From the NCBI RefSeq assembly GCF_016432865.1, contig NC_067403.1:196912001-196976000 (forward strand): DNA of 64,000 bases, written 5' to 3'. Both the position numbers and the translations under genes were made by a program. Below, one piece after another: positions 49,420 to 62,390 of this stretch. Numbering within the stretch: position 1 is the first letter of the stretch; the number at the start of each line of letters is the position of its first letter. The notes beneath the pieces were generated by a model. That model saw only the letters and a list, made by a program, of their open reading frames with translations, searched no databases and was not told the origin of the DNA. This DNA comes from Antechinus flavipes (Eukaryota).

Positions 49420-49920
49420 CAGGTATTTTTCCTAGATGTCCCCTGTACCTGGAATGTCCTCCCTGCTCTGCTTTCACTATTAACCTCCCTTTACATTCCC
49501 TTTAAATCCCACATTACGCAGGGGTCCTCAAACTACGGCCTGTGGGCCAGATGCGGCAGCTGAGAACGTTTATCCCCCTTCACCCAGGGCTATAAAGTTT
49601 CTTTATTTAAAGGCCCACAAACAAAGTTTTTGTTTTTACTATAGTCCGACCTTCCAACAGTCTGAGGGAGAGTTGAGGACCCCTGTCAGAATCTATAGAA
49701 AGCCTTCCCTGCCCTCTTAATCCCAATGCCTTTCACTCTGTTAATTATTTCTTATTTATACAGTATATGGCTTGCTCTGTATTTATTTGAGAGTGGTCTC
49801 CTCCTTTAGATCATGAAATCCTTAAGATCAGCAATGATCTTTTACCTCTTTTCCTATCCCCAAAGCTTAATGCACTGTCTGGGACATAGTAGGCACATTA
49901 TCAATGTTTATTGGTTGATT
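49420..49920 (+). mobile_element. L2 3' region hosting an OC1 MITE
   Basis: ctggaatgtcctccct...aaatcccac | tctatagaaagcc...acatagtaggcac. Confidence 0.7.
49519..49685 (+). mobile_element. OC1-type hAT MITE, deletion variant
   Basis: CAGGGGTCCTCAAACT...AGTTGAGGACCCCTG; lacks the cagtgaactggcccc...aaaaa segment present at 4805-4829. Confidence 0.82.
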
Positions 49921-50779
49921 GATTGACCTGATCCCATCAGTCAAGAGCTTCCCTCGACTCTCCATTGCTTGTAGAATAAAATGCAGACTCTTCAGGTTGG
50001 TTTTCAAGGCTAAGATGTATTTCTTAGGCTTCCTCTCCCACCGGCTGCCCCTCTGTGCATTCCCAGAGGCATCCCCCACCCCCCTTACTTGAAATGCCAG
50101 ATTACCTCATTTCTGTGTTCTCAGAATCATTATCTTCTGCCAAAGCTCAGATGTGACTTCCTCCACTCAACTAATTCTATTTAACAGGTTTTGTTAAGTA
50201 ACTGTGAGCAAAGTCAGAAGTAAGGAAGGGCTTAGTGGTAGAGGGAGCACCCCACATGGATGAGATCACAGAAGGAGAGATTTGGGGCAAATTACTTAGC
50301 CTGCAATGGCCTCGGTGTCCATGACTGTAAAATGAGGGGGTTTTACAACACAGAAAGCCTGTCAGTTCCTGCTTGAGTCACAGAAAAAGTCTCCAGGGAT
50401 TAAACCCCAGGTGTCCGGATTCTATTTGCCAGCAGTCAGTAAAAAGGAGACCAGAGAGGTGCCATTGTTCAGCACGTGCATATGTCTCTGTTAAGACACA
50501 TAAGGTATTATTAGGGGAAAATGAAAGAAGGCTTCCAGTTCATTAAATCACAGAATCTCAGATTTGGAAAGGATTTGAGGGCGGGGGAGAGGGCCGTTTG
50601 GTACCACCTGTATCTTTACGGGAATCCTCTGTACAGCACCTCGGACTGTTCTCTATTTGAAGACCTTCAGATATGGTGAGCTCATTACCTCCCGACGCAG
50701 CCTATTCCTCTTGGAGGCAGAGGGGAAATTCGCTTCTTTATGGCTTCTATAGAGATTTTTTTTTTCTCTTGTATGTCAA

Positions 50780-51090
50780 AAAAGAACAAATCCAGCCTCT
50801 TTTCTCCATGACTGCCCATCAGGTATCAGAAGGCATCCATTAACTCTGGATGAAAATGCTTTCTGCCTCCAGAGAGAGAAAACTGATGAACTCTGAATAC
50901 AAACCAAAGCATAATTTTTTTTACTTTCTTCTTCTTTTCTTTTTTTTACAACATGGTTAATATGGAAATATGTTTTGCATGACTTCCCATGTATAATGGA
51001 CATCATATTTCTTGCTTTTTCTGTGGGTGGGAAAGGGAGTGGAGGGAAGGAGAGAATTTGGAACAGAAAATAAAACTTTTAAAAGAAAAT
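50780..51090 (+). mobile_element. L1 3' end
   Basis: atatggaaatatgttttgcatgacttc...gagaatttggaac. Confidence 0.75.
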
Positions 51091-51169
51091 ACTTATTATA
51101 TCCTCTCTGTCTTATCCTTTTCATACAGCCATAGTTCTTTTAATTGATCCTCATAATGGCATTATTTCC

Positions 51170-51430
51170 AGGAAGTAGGTGACACAGTGGATAGGATAAA
51201 TTGCTATTAGGAGTCAAATCTGGCCTCAGCTGCTTAATAACTATGTGGTCCTGGGTTAGTTACTCAATCTCTGTTTGCCTCAATTTTCTCACCTGTAAAA
51301 TGGGGATACTAATTACTTCCCAAGGTTGTTGTGAGGATTCAATGAAATACAGCATTTGTATTTATTTTATTACGGTACTAAGCACATAGTAGGTACTATA
51401 TAAATGTTAACTATTATTATTATTATTATT
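51170..51430 (+). mobile_element. MIR
   Basis: aggtgacacagtggatagg...ctgtaaaatggggat...gcacatagtaggtac. Confidence 0.7.
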
Positions 51431-51849
51431 CCCAGTCTCCTTCCCATTATGGTCACATTCCTCATTTGTCAATATCCCTCCTAAAATATTTGCCCAGGAC
51501 CACATTCACATGTGGTCTGGTCAGGATTAAAAGGACTATCTCCTCTCTTTTTAAGGACATCATGTCTTGGTACATAAAACCGAATTAGCTTTTATTCTGG
51601 TGGGCCACACACATAATGAGTGTGTAGTCCATGAAAATCCTCCTCTCCCCCAGGAGTTGATGTCTAATTAAGTCTTTCTATACTTATTGGTTCATCAGAT
51701 TCTATTCAAATACTCACCCAGAGGAGTAGGTATCTTGGATTCTGTCTCAGATGTTCTAGGAAGCTCTCATTCAGCTTGCCAACAATGCAAAAAACAAATG
51801 AAAATAAACAAACCCAAAACAATGAATCAATAAGTGGTGGCTACAAAAA

Positions 51850-53420
51850 TCATCATGGTTTCATCAAAAGCAGGACACACCAGCGAGCTTCTTGTTAGAC
51901 AGCATTTACAAAATAGTAACTGAGGGAATGCTGTGGTTAGAGTTCTCCTACTATTCTGATGGAGAAAAAAGATAAATGCATAGTAAATGATAATATAATT
52001 AGAAGGATCCAGAACTGGTTATTTGGTTGGTCTCAAGAGTCCACATTAATGTCAAGTATCAGGATGTCTGCAGGGGAGTCCCCAAGGATCTCTGCTCGTC
52101 CCTGAACCATTTACCACTGTTATCTGTGATCTGAATAAAGACATCTGATGGGGCTTGCTCATAGGTGACGTCGGGTTGAGAGGGACAGTTAATATAATGA
52201 TTATAGAGTCCAAATCCAAGAGGATCTGAACAGGTTGAACAAGGTGAAATGTGATAAAATGTGATTTATTGCCAATAAATATAAAGTCTTTCACTCGGGT
52301 ATTAAAAAAATCCATTTCATAAGTAAAATATTGGGATTAGGGGATTCAGTACGAGCCAGCAGTTTGGTGTGGCAAGCCAAAAAGGCTGCATTAAGAGAAA
52401 AAGGTAGGTTAAGATGCTCTCACTGTGCCCTGTTCTCATCAGAATTTATTATGGTCAATATGGGGCACCACGACCTCAAAAAGGAGATTGATAAACTAGA
52501 GAATGTCCAGGGTCAGGCAGCCAGGGCCATGTCTCAAGAGAGAATGAAGGAACTGGAGAAACTTAGTCTAGAGAAGACAAAACCCTGGTACTAGGTAGCT
52601 GTTTGTAATAGCTTTTTATTTTTCAAAATACATGCAAAGATAGTTTTCAACACTTATCCTTGCAAAACCTTGGGTTCCATATTTTTTTCCTTCCTTCCTC
52701 ACCTCCCTCCTCCCCTAGAAAGCAAGTAATCCAGTCTAGGTTAAACAAATGCAATTCTTCTAAACATTTCCACATTTATCGTGTTGCACAAGAAAAAGCA
52801 GATTAAAATAGGAAAAAAATGAGAAGGAAAAAACAAGCAAGCAAAAAACAACAAAAAAGTAAAAATGCTATGCTTTAATCCACATTCAGTCTTCACAATC
52901 TTCTCTCTGGGTACAGATGGCTCTCTCCATCACAAGATCGTTGGAATTGGCCTGAATCATCTCATGGTTTAAGAGTGCCATGTCCATTGGAATTGATCAT
53001 CACATAATCTTGTTGCTGTGTACAATGATCTCCTGGTCCTGCTCATTTCACTCAGCATCAGTTCATGTAGGTCTCTCCAGGCCTTTCTGAAATCATCCTG
53101 CTGATCGTTTCTTACAGAACAACAATGTTCCATTATAGTCACACAGGTAGCTGTCTCCAGGCTTTTAAAGGGATGTTGCCTAGAGCTTCCATTTGTTCTC
53201 TTTGGCCCAGGGGGCCAGATCCAGAGCAAGCTACAGAGACCAAACTTCCTCCAATTAGAGCTGCCTGGGGAGCTGTTTCCTGTCTTTGGGGGTGGGCTGG
53301 ACAAGCACTTGTCAGGGATGTGACAATGAGGGTTCCCTTTGGGGGTTGGTTGCATCATGGGGCTGCCGAGGACCTTCCAACTTTCAAACTGGGCAACTCT
53401 GCAACCCTTTCCACAGAGTG
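51850..53420 (+). mobile_element. L3/CR1 RT to 3' end, interrupted by an L1
   Basis: HGF..SC, GVPQGS and KCKVLHLG-like degenerate codons; 3' end cacttgtcagggatg...ccttccaac. Confidence 0.8.
52603..53144 (-). mobile_element. 5'-truncated L1 with 10-bp TSD
   Basis: TSD aggtagctgt at 52593-52602 and 53145-53154. Confidence 0.9.
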
Positions 53421-53589
53421 GGGTGGGGAGAGACCTTAGCAACCTAGCATTTTACAGACATGGGATTCTCAGATCACCCAGCTAGTGCAGAAGCTTGGAG
53501 GGAATGCTAGGTCTCTCACTAGATGATGATGATGACATCTCCCAGTCCTTAATGGCAATTATGGGATTGAGCGCATATATCTTAATATT

Positions 53590-53880
53590 ATCAGAGAGAC
53601 CAAGAATTCCCAAAGCAATAATTCTGTTGCTACTATTGTTGTTCAATCATTTTTCTGTTATGTCTGACTTTTCATGTCCCCATTTGGGGTTTTCTTGGCA
53701 AAGATCCTGCAGTGGCCATTTCCATCTCCAGCTCATTTTACAGATGAGGAAACTGAGGCAAACAGAGTTAAGTGACTTGCCCTGGGTCACATACTGAGTG
53801 TTTGAGACTGGATTTGAACTCAAGTCCCCTTGACTCTAGTCCTGACACTCTATTCATTGCACCACCTCGCTGCCCTGATA
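53590..53880 (-). mobile_element. MAR1 SINE
   Basis: ttatgtctgacttttcatgtccccatttggggttttcttggcaaagat...ggatttgaactcaag...gcaccacctcgctgccc. Confidence 0.85.
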
Positions 53881-54487
53881 GGCCTGTTGTTATGGTACAT
53901 TTAACTCACAAAAAAGCCTAAAACTAGGCAGATGAATGTTGTAATCAGGGCCACAAGAGAAGTGGGGCTTTGGGCAAAAGCCTCCAGAGGGAATAGTTCC
54001 AATGGGGTCTCAGAGTTCAGAGCTTCAGATATGATCTCCAGGCAATGGCAAGGAGGAAGGGGTCAGCCATAATCCTTAGGAGAGACGGTCCTTGGAGTGG
54101 ACACAACTAGCTCTGACAAATTCTCCTGATGGGCCCGTGGAGGCACCACAGGGCAGATCACCAAGATAGTGGAAGGTCAGGGAGCAGGTCCTTACTCTGG
54201 CCTAGTTAGTTTCTCACCTCTGAGGTGATGGAACAATGCTTGGGATAGGTACGGGAGGAAAGGGTCCCACTGAACCAAATAAGCAGTATTCTAAGCATGA
54301 AGTTTAGACGTTTCCAGAAAAGGGCAGAAAGAAGAATTGTTGGGGGGGGGGAGGGAAATACTTAGTAGGCAAAGCAGAGGCATCCTACCACAAGTGAAAC
54401 TATAGGGGTCTCAGGGTTCTCCTTTTTTGAACTTCATTATCATGTTACCTTCCTAGTATCCATAGTCATATAAGAATGTCTAAAATG

Positions 54488-54658
54488 GGGGGAGGGGGCG
54501 CGGGGGCAACTGTGTGGTGCAGTGATAGAGCACCAGCCCTGAAGTCAGCAGGACCTGAGTTCAAATCTGGTCTCAGACACTTAACACTTCCTGGCTGTGT
54601 GACTCTGAGCAAGTCACTTAACCCCAAATGCCTCAGCAAAAAAAAAAAGAAAAAGAAA
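54488..54658 (+). mobile_element. Full-length WSINE1 with G-rich 5' extension
   Basis: 16-bp TSD aagaatgtctaaaatg at 54472-54487 and 54659-54674. Confidence 0.92.
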
Positions 54659-54779
54659 AAGAATGTCTAAAATGTATTTTCTTAATATAAAATCCTGTTT
54701 TGCTCTCACTCGTTCTAATTCTAAAAGGAATTTGAAAATATTCCCATAGGGCCAAATCCTCTGTACAGCTGGGACCAAT

Positions 54780-55950
54780 GAACCTCATCTGTAGAGTTTA
54801 GAAACTGATAGATAAAAGCAGAACTGTATCATGGAGCTTTTTCTGGAAGCCCTCAAAGTAATATCTAAATAACATTCATTAATCTTGACATTTCTGAGAG
54901 GAAGGCCAGTGATGTATATTTTTGATTAATAGTAGCTTTGGCTACTACTACAAAGGATACGTTCTGAAAACACAGTTGTGGAAGGGTGGCCGCCTAGTCC
55001 AAGGTTAATGTAATGTCAAATGATGAAAAACAGCTTGTTGTCTTCAAATTCTTATTGATTGTCCTTTAGAAGGATCAATTTCTCCACTCATATCTTAATT
55101 CACTTTTTCTAACTTAATTCTCCACTTAATGATCAATAGATATTATGGACCCTCGGCCTAACTTCCCCCCTGCCCCCCACCTCTCCAATTTCTTTGCTGT
55201 AGGCAGGTGACCTTGGGTTCTGGAAGGCTGTGATGGTCTGAATTCTTCCCCATTCTCTCACGTGTTTCCATTTTCCCCTGAATACCCACAGTAGACTACA
55301 TACTTCTGTGCTGACCACATCCTGCCTTGTATGGTACTTATCTCACCACCCAACTGAAATCTTGGGGGGCAGAGGTCCAATCTTAATCCCATTCCATTCC
55401 ATTAACATTAATTAAAAGCCTTCTGTGTACAGATCACAGGCATGAGTGAAATAAAAGCTTTTTCTTATCAGAGAAGTTCTTCCTCTCCTGAAGCTCAGAG
55501 AGGAAAAGACATTTGGATAATTATAATTTATAAAATTATGCTTTTTATTAGAGAGATGTAAAAAAAAGTGCTATGTGAGATAGGAAGAGCAAAAAAGGTT
55601 GTTATGTGTAAGCTTCTTCTGAATCTCTAAGTCTCAGTGACAAACTCCTCTCTATCGATCAGAATCAGGCCCAAGATCACAATTTTCCTTGACACTTTTT
55701 CTACCTTTTAAAGACTGAAATCATCTTTTAGGTAAACCAGCAATTTACCAGCTGCTCTGACTTTGGCAGAGAGAACTCCAACAGATGTCTAGAGAGCTGA
55801 AGCTTTCAGTCACCACTATAAAGGCCTTTATAGCAGGTTGTAATCTCTTCCTAAATACTTTAACTATTTCTTCCTTCTGGCAGGGTGGTCTGTGGTATAC
55901 TCCAATAATATCACTTCCATTTTTCTCTCCAGTGATCTTCATTTAAATGT
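54780..55950 (-). mobile_element. L3/CR1 ORF2 remnant (endonuclease to N-terminal RT)
   Basis: ORF 55745-55942 (KITGEKNGSDIIGVYHRPPCQKEE...DICW) resembles the CR1 APE motif GVxYRPP...DICW; an RT-like segment lies near 54800-54950. Confidence 0.8.
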
Positions 55951-56119
55951 TTCTTCCACAATGGTTCTTTCCTGAGGAAAAGAAGGAGCTTTAGATCAGT
56001 CTTCTGTCTCACTTTTATATTTGTTTGCCTTTTGATTGATTCATTATCTATTCTAGATCTTTGATTTCCCCAAGATTATATCTTCTTAATCCACAGTGCT
56101 ACCACCTGCCTCTTATTTA

Positions 56120-56430
56120 CTCTGTTCCTTTTTGTGTGGGAAAGGAAGGAAATTGGCATTTATTAAGCACCTATCAAGTGACCACGGTGCTAAGGTTTAT
56201 ACAAATATCTCATTTCATCCTCACAAGAATCCTGTTAGGTAAGTACTATAATTATTAATATATTTATTCTTATTTTCTATTCCTATAATATATAAAAATA
56301 ATATAATATAATTATTCCTTTTTTTACAATTGAGGAAATTGAGACAGTTTAGTAATATTAACAAGTATCTGAGGCCAGAATTTGAACTCAAATCTCTTAA
56401 CTTTAGGCTCAGAACTCTGGTATGCCTTTC
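56120..56430 (-). mobile_element. MIR
   Basis: ggcatttattaagcacct...ctcatttcatcctcacaag...gaatttgaactcaaatc. Confidence 0.7.
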
Positions 56431-56689
56431 CAGAGGCACATTCCAATTACGAGTCCCATCTCACCAAGTCTCAGTGATAAAAATGCAGTCCAAGTTACTT
56501 GTGCGCCCAGACACTCGGTGCATTTGTATATAGACTTCTGAAGCCATAGGTTATATTGCTAGTATTCTTTTTGGATACTGCTTGATGTAAAATATTAATA
56601 ATTATTGATTATTATTATATATTATTTGCTTATCGATCATTTATTGATTATTTGATAACATTGTTCTTATGTTGCATTTGTGGTATTTG

Positions 56690-57330
56690 GTTCAACCATT
56701 CTGGAAGTCAAATTGGAATTTTGCTTAAAATGATTCTAAAATGTCCATAGCCTTTGACCTAGAAATTCCTCTATTGGGCAGTTATTCAAGGAGGTCAAAA
56801 GATAGCAAGATTCCAGGTCTTCATAGTTTTTTGAGGTAGCAAAGAGCTAGAAGCAAAGCAGATGCTTATCATTTGGGGAACAACTAAACAAACTGTGATG
56901 CATGAATGTAATGCACTCACTATTTCTGTGCTATAAGAAATAATGAATATGAAGAATATGGAAGAGCTGGGAAAAGGCATGTCTATGAATTCATGCAGAG
57001 TGAAGTCAGCAGAGCCAGGAAAACCAAAGACTCAAGAATTGCAGTAATATAAATGGAAAGAACAACAAATGAGACGACATGCCTTGTAATTATGGCTGAG
57101 ATTGAGCCCAGAGAAAGGATGCACCTCCCTTTTTCCTTTGTAGAGGTTGGGGACGGGTATGGAAGATGGTACAGGCTTTTAGATTTAGCTAATTTGTTGC
57201 TTGGTTTTACTGAACTGCTTTTCTTTCCTTTCTTTTTATTTTTAATCACAAAAGGATGGCTCTCTGAGGAGGAGGAAGGGAAATAGCTGAAAATAAAGAT
57301 GATGCAAAAAGAAATGTTAATAAAAAAAAG
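56690..57330 (+). mobile_element. Old L1 3' fragment
   Basis: ccatagcctttgacctagaaattcct...gaattcatgcagagtgaagtcagcagagccagg. Confidence 0.75.
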
Positions 57331-58209
57331 TTACTAATGGTCATCAGCCATGGCAGTCCCAGAAGATGCCCCCTCCCATCCTATCTACACTGTCCTTCTC
57401 TGTTATTCCCCAAATACCCTTCAGGAGAGTCACCAACCACAACCACTCCTCTCTCCTTCCTCTGAACTCTGGTACTTCTAGACTCATTATTTCATCTTTG
57501 AAGCGTAAGAAACTGTTTTATTCTCAATTTTTTCCAATTTATTTCAATTTCAATTTATTACTCATTCAATAAATTTCAATTTATTCTCAATCCTTTTTGC
57601 AGGAATTATTCACATAGAGTCCAAAAGGTTTCAATTTTTTAAAGCAAGTTGATAGCTAGTTTCTTTTATTATTTTATGCATTTAGGTTAAGAATCTTGGT
57701 ATAGGAAGAATCTTGCCTATTACTTCAACACAAGTGTTCTGTGTCCCTTTTTCTCCACTTCTTGCCCTGGGATTCCCTCATGGAAGGAAAGCTGTACTAA
57801 TTTCCCTTCTGTTTCTGTTGTTTACCTTTTAAAATTCTTTCTAGGAACATTTCATTCTCCCTGATAAGCTTGAGAGTTGAGAGGCAAGTCTATAATCCTT
57901 TCATCTCTTGTGGTAGAAAGATCATAGCTTGTAAGGGAGGATTTTGTTTCTTTTGCTTCTCTTCCCCTCCCACATGAGCCTTCATTAATAGGAGAATATT
58001 TCCACCTCCTCTTGTGATGTTACTGGCCTACCACACATTGCCACACATGCCTGGGGTAGGTAATGAAGCTGTCACTCCCAATCACCCCACTACCATTCAT
58101 GTCCTTTGCCCTCAGTCTGTTTGTTATCCCTCTGACTCTAGAGACTCTCTCTTCCTTCTCCATAGGGAGAACCTAGAATGCAGAAGCTTGTTACTCAGAT
58201 CTCCATCCT

Positions 58210-58400
58210 ATACAGACTCCTTCCTGAGTTCAAATACTATCTCAGATACTGGCTTGTAACCTGGTCACTCAATCCTTTTTGTCTCAGTTTCCTTATTTGT
58301 AAAATGAGCTGGAGAAGGAAATAGCAAAGCCCTCCAGTATCTCTGCCAAGAAAAATAATGTCACAGAGAGTTGGACCAATTGAAATGATGCAAAAACAAT
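58210..58400 (+). mobile_element. MAR1 SINE fragment
   Basis: aaatgagctggagaaggaaatagcaaagccctccagtatctctgccaagaaaa. Confidence 0.75.
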
Positions 58401-58988
58401 ATGTGAGGGCATCAGGGCTTAGAATTTAGAATATATCCCTGCTATACCCTACTATTATCTCCAGCTTTAACTGGATTCTGCAGGAGGATTGGTATGGAGT
58501 TAGCAATCCCAGGGAGACTGCAATGAGTCAGTGCAATTCAGTGTGTGCAGTAGGGTAATGAGCCATTGAAGAGGAAAAGAAAATTCTTTCCTTAACAATG
58601 TCAAGTGATTCAATATTGAAATGGATTTGGTCTTATTAGTGGAATAAAGTAGAGCATCACCATCTTGTCAGCCACTTTGCTGAAACATCCTAAAGACAGT
58701 GGAATCTCTCTCTCTTTCTATATATATATCTTGTCTTCCTCTCCCCCTCTCATCAATATGAGTTTATTGAGGGTAGGGACTCTCTTGGTTTTTCTATTTG
58801 TATCCCTAGCACTTATCACAATGCTTTGTATATAGTAAGCGCTTGATATATGCTTTTTTTATTCATTCATTGCACACCTATAGTTCCCTCCACCTCTGTT
58901 GAAGAAGACAGAAAGGTTCATTTTCTCAAGTCTTTTATGGGAGCTAAGATTGATCATTTTATTTATAAGCATTCAGTTTTGTTTTTAA

Positions 58989-59314
58989 AATTTATCTTCT
59001 TGTAGTCATTTTATATATTGTTTTCATGTTTGCTTACTTAACTTTATATCAATTCATGTGTTCTAATGCTTCTCTGTGCTCTTCATAGTCCTCTTTTCTT
59101 ATACAGCAGTTTCTGTTATTTCTTTGAAGTACAATTTGTTACCATTTCCCAATTTATCTTCTTGTAGTCATTTTATATATTGTTTTCATGTTTGCTTACT
59201 TAACTTTACATACATTCATGTGTTCTAATGCTTCTCTGTGCTCTTCATAGTCCTCTTTTCTTATACAGCAGTTTCTGTTATTTCTTTGCAGTACAATTTG
59301 TTACTATTTCCCAA
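58989..59314. repeat. 162-bp tandem duplication inside an old antisense L1 (about 58970-59640)
   Basis: aatttatcttcttgtagtcatt starts at 58989 and 59151; about 5 mismatches by eye. Confidence 0.93.
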
Positions 59315-59931
59315 TCAATGAGCATCTAACTTCTTTTCAAAAGTGCTGCTGTATATACATGAGACTTTTCTTTGAAACTTCTATCTTTCTCTTCTTAAAG
59401 TATATGCTTAAGCAGTAGAATCTTTGGGTCAAAGAATGTGGACATTTAATCACTTTTTAAGCCTAAGTCTGAATTAGAATTTTATTTCCAAAATGATTTG
59501 ATCAATTCAGAATTTCACTAACAATATATGTAGCTCTATCAATAGTGCTTCTCTTTCTTCCAATAGTGTCTCCCTTTCCTTTGTTATCTTTTCTGGTTAT
59601 AGAGTGAAACCCCAAACTTATTTTAATGTTCATTTCTCTTATGATTGGTGATGTGGATTAATTATTAATACTATAGTGAGCAATTCTTTTGTGATTTGTC
59701 TGTTGGTATTTAGATTTTAACGCCTAATAGAAAGCCAAGCATTTATTTTAGTTGTCTTTGATCCATGATTAGTTGATTCTTTTCTAATAAAACCTGCTTT
59801 TAGCTATTTTCTAAGTGGTCTTAATTACAAACGCAACTTCTAGCAACTTCTTATCTTTTCTTTTTCCTCTTTCTGTTTAGACTTTAGATGTCTATTCTCA
59901 TTTCCTGGAAGAAGTGTCTCTGAATTGAACT

Positions 59932-60466
59932 TTTTTTTTCTTTTTCCAATTTTTAATACTAGCTTTTTATTTTCAAAATACATGTAAAAATAGTTTTCAA
60001 CATTCATCCTTGCAAAATTTTGTGTTCCAAATTTTTCTCCCTTCCTTTCTTCCATCCCCTCCCCTGGACAGCAAGCAATCCAATATAGCTTAAATATATG
60101 CAATTTTTCTAAACATATTTCAACATTTATCATGCTACACAAGAAAAAACAGATCAAAAAGGGAAAAAAAATTGAGAAAGAAAACAAGCAAGTAAACAAC
60201 AACAAAGAAGGCGAAAATACTATGTTCTGATCCACACTCAGTCCCCACAGTCCTCTCTGGTTACAGATGTCTCTCCCCATACAAGTATTGGAATTGGCCT
60301 GAATCACCTCATTATTGAACAGAGCCACATCCATCAGAACTGATCATCTTATAATCTTGCTGTTACTGAGTGCCATGTTCTCCTAGTTCTTCACTTAGCC
60401 TCAGATCATGTAAGTCTCTTCAGACCCTTCTGAAATCACCTTCCTGATCATTTCTTATAAAATAAT
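59932..60466 (-). mobile_element. 5'-truncated L1 with 9-bp TSD
   Basis: TSD aattgaact at 59923-59931 and 60467-60475. Confidence 0.9.
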
Positions 60467-60999
60467 AATTGAACTGAGCTTTAAAGAGTAAAAAAGAACA
60501 CATTATCCCACCACCAATCTCCCTCCCACCACACAAAAAAAGCGCACAACCACACAACAACCTTCCTTTCATATTTTATTTTTCAATTTCAATCCCCTTT
60601 ACTCTCTTCTAAATGTTAAGGATTTTCCTCCCTTAAATTTTCTTCCCAGGGGCAAAGCCCATATTTCCTCCTACCCATCAGTTACAGCTCTGCAGATGTT
60701 CCCTCAAATCAACTTTATAATTCATGATGTGAAAATAATACAAGAAGTAATTAAAACAAATTCACTTGGGTGGGAGGTGGAATTAGTCTCTATAGTGTTT
60801 CACAGAAGGGTGTTATTAACAATGCCAACATCTGGTAGTTTTCTAGTTTAACAATTATTCTTGCTAACTAGGTGCTAAGCTCAATTGTTCGCAAGATCAA
60901 GAAGTGTTTATTCTGTTAACATATAAATGTAATACACATTATTTTTAAAATTTGCATCCTCTAATAAATAAAGCCCTATTTGTCCCACCCTAGTTATAG

Positions 61000-61270
61000 G
61001 TCTCTGTGTAGGTAGGCTACAGAATATTATCAAAGATTCCATGTGCGTGAGGATTTGCATAAAAGGCGTTATTGAGGGCAAGTATGTATTGGTCAGGTAA
61101 TGAGATTGTACCATGCTAAGATTCAATGATATGCATTAAATAGCAAATCAGGAAAGACTCTTTTAGAAAAGAAGAAAGAGCAAGAATTGCAAAGGAGGGG
61201 AAGATGTGAAGAGCCTGTGATCTGTACCAATGGAAGGACCAGCCACACCAATGAGATCATGGCTTCAATG
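61000..61270 (+). mobile_element. Possible degraded RTE LINE 3' end
   Basis: gtgatctgtaccaatggaaggaccagccacaccaatgagatca resembles an RTE terminus. Confidence 0.35.
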
Positions 61271-62390
61271 ACGTATTGAAGAAATATTCACAGGAGAACC
61301 TAGCTCCTAGGCCTTGTGAATGGCACTCTTCCAGTAGATACTCAGTGAAGAAATGAATGAATTGGTGAAAGAAAATGACTAGGCTGAACAAGATGATGAG
61401 AGATTTGGAACAAATTGCCTCTAAAATCCCTTCCTGAAATAAATCTATGATCCCTAAAGTCCCTTCTAGGTTAAAAAAAATTGATGATATTGTAAAAATA
61501 AACTTCATCTCAATTATAATGATTACAAATTCCATGTCAGTGGAGTCCAAGTTAATGAGGTTTCATTGCATTAAGCAAAGTAACCTTTTACTTTCTAGTT
61601 TTCCCTTGCTTCTTTGGGTATATAATTTTTCCAGCTTCTGTAGCTAAATAGAAAAACAGGACATATTAGACTTATTTCTGGCTTTTAGGAAAAGCTGAGG
61701 AGGAGAGCAAAAATCAGATGGGAAAAGAAAAGCAAATTCTTAGAACTGTTAGTGGAATTTTTATTCATAATATGTCTTTTTTTGTACTTTGTGTAGAAAG
61801 TGCTTATCCAGATGTTTAAATATGGCAATGACCCACAGGCAATCTCCTATTCCTTTACATTACAAATATTTTGCTAATTGCAACTTAATAATTCAAACCA
61901 GGCCTCTCTGTGATTTTTAGACTTGGCTAAGCTTTGAGAGAATGTCTTAGCTTTGGGTTGGAATCTGGATGAGATAACTAGAAAGTCCTTTCCAGGACAA
62001 AGATTCTATATCAGATCACAGAAGCTCAAAATGGGAAGGGTCTTTCAGGGCTATCTGGTCTAACCTATATGGGAACAGTTTAGTTGTCCCTACAATATCT
62101 TCTTCAATATCCCCATTGAATAATCATCCATAAGAGAATCTCCAGATATGGGAACACTACCTCCAGAAGCAGCCCCTTTCACTTTTATGTATCAGAAAAA
62201 TGTTCAAGTTTATTTTTTTCTTTTTACACTGAATGTTTCATAGGAAGAAGTCTCAAAGTTTCAACAATTAATGAAATCAATTAACTGAAACCAAGGCACT
62301 TGGATAGTACTAGGTCAGGATATCAAATTCCAAGCCTGGAAGTACCTCCTCTAATAGTTGACAGTCAGTAGGTTAGAAGTGTTTTTTAAG

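Noticed and set aside
51850-55950. One L3 element broken by an inversion
   Set aside because: Both oppositely oriented pieces appear to contain the same N-terminal RT segment, so they are more likely independent insertions.
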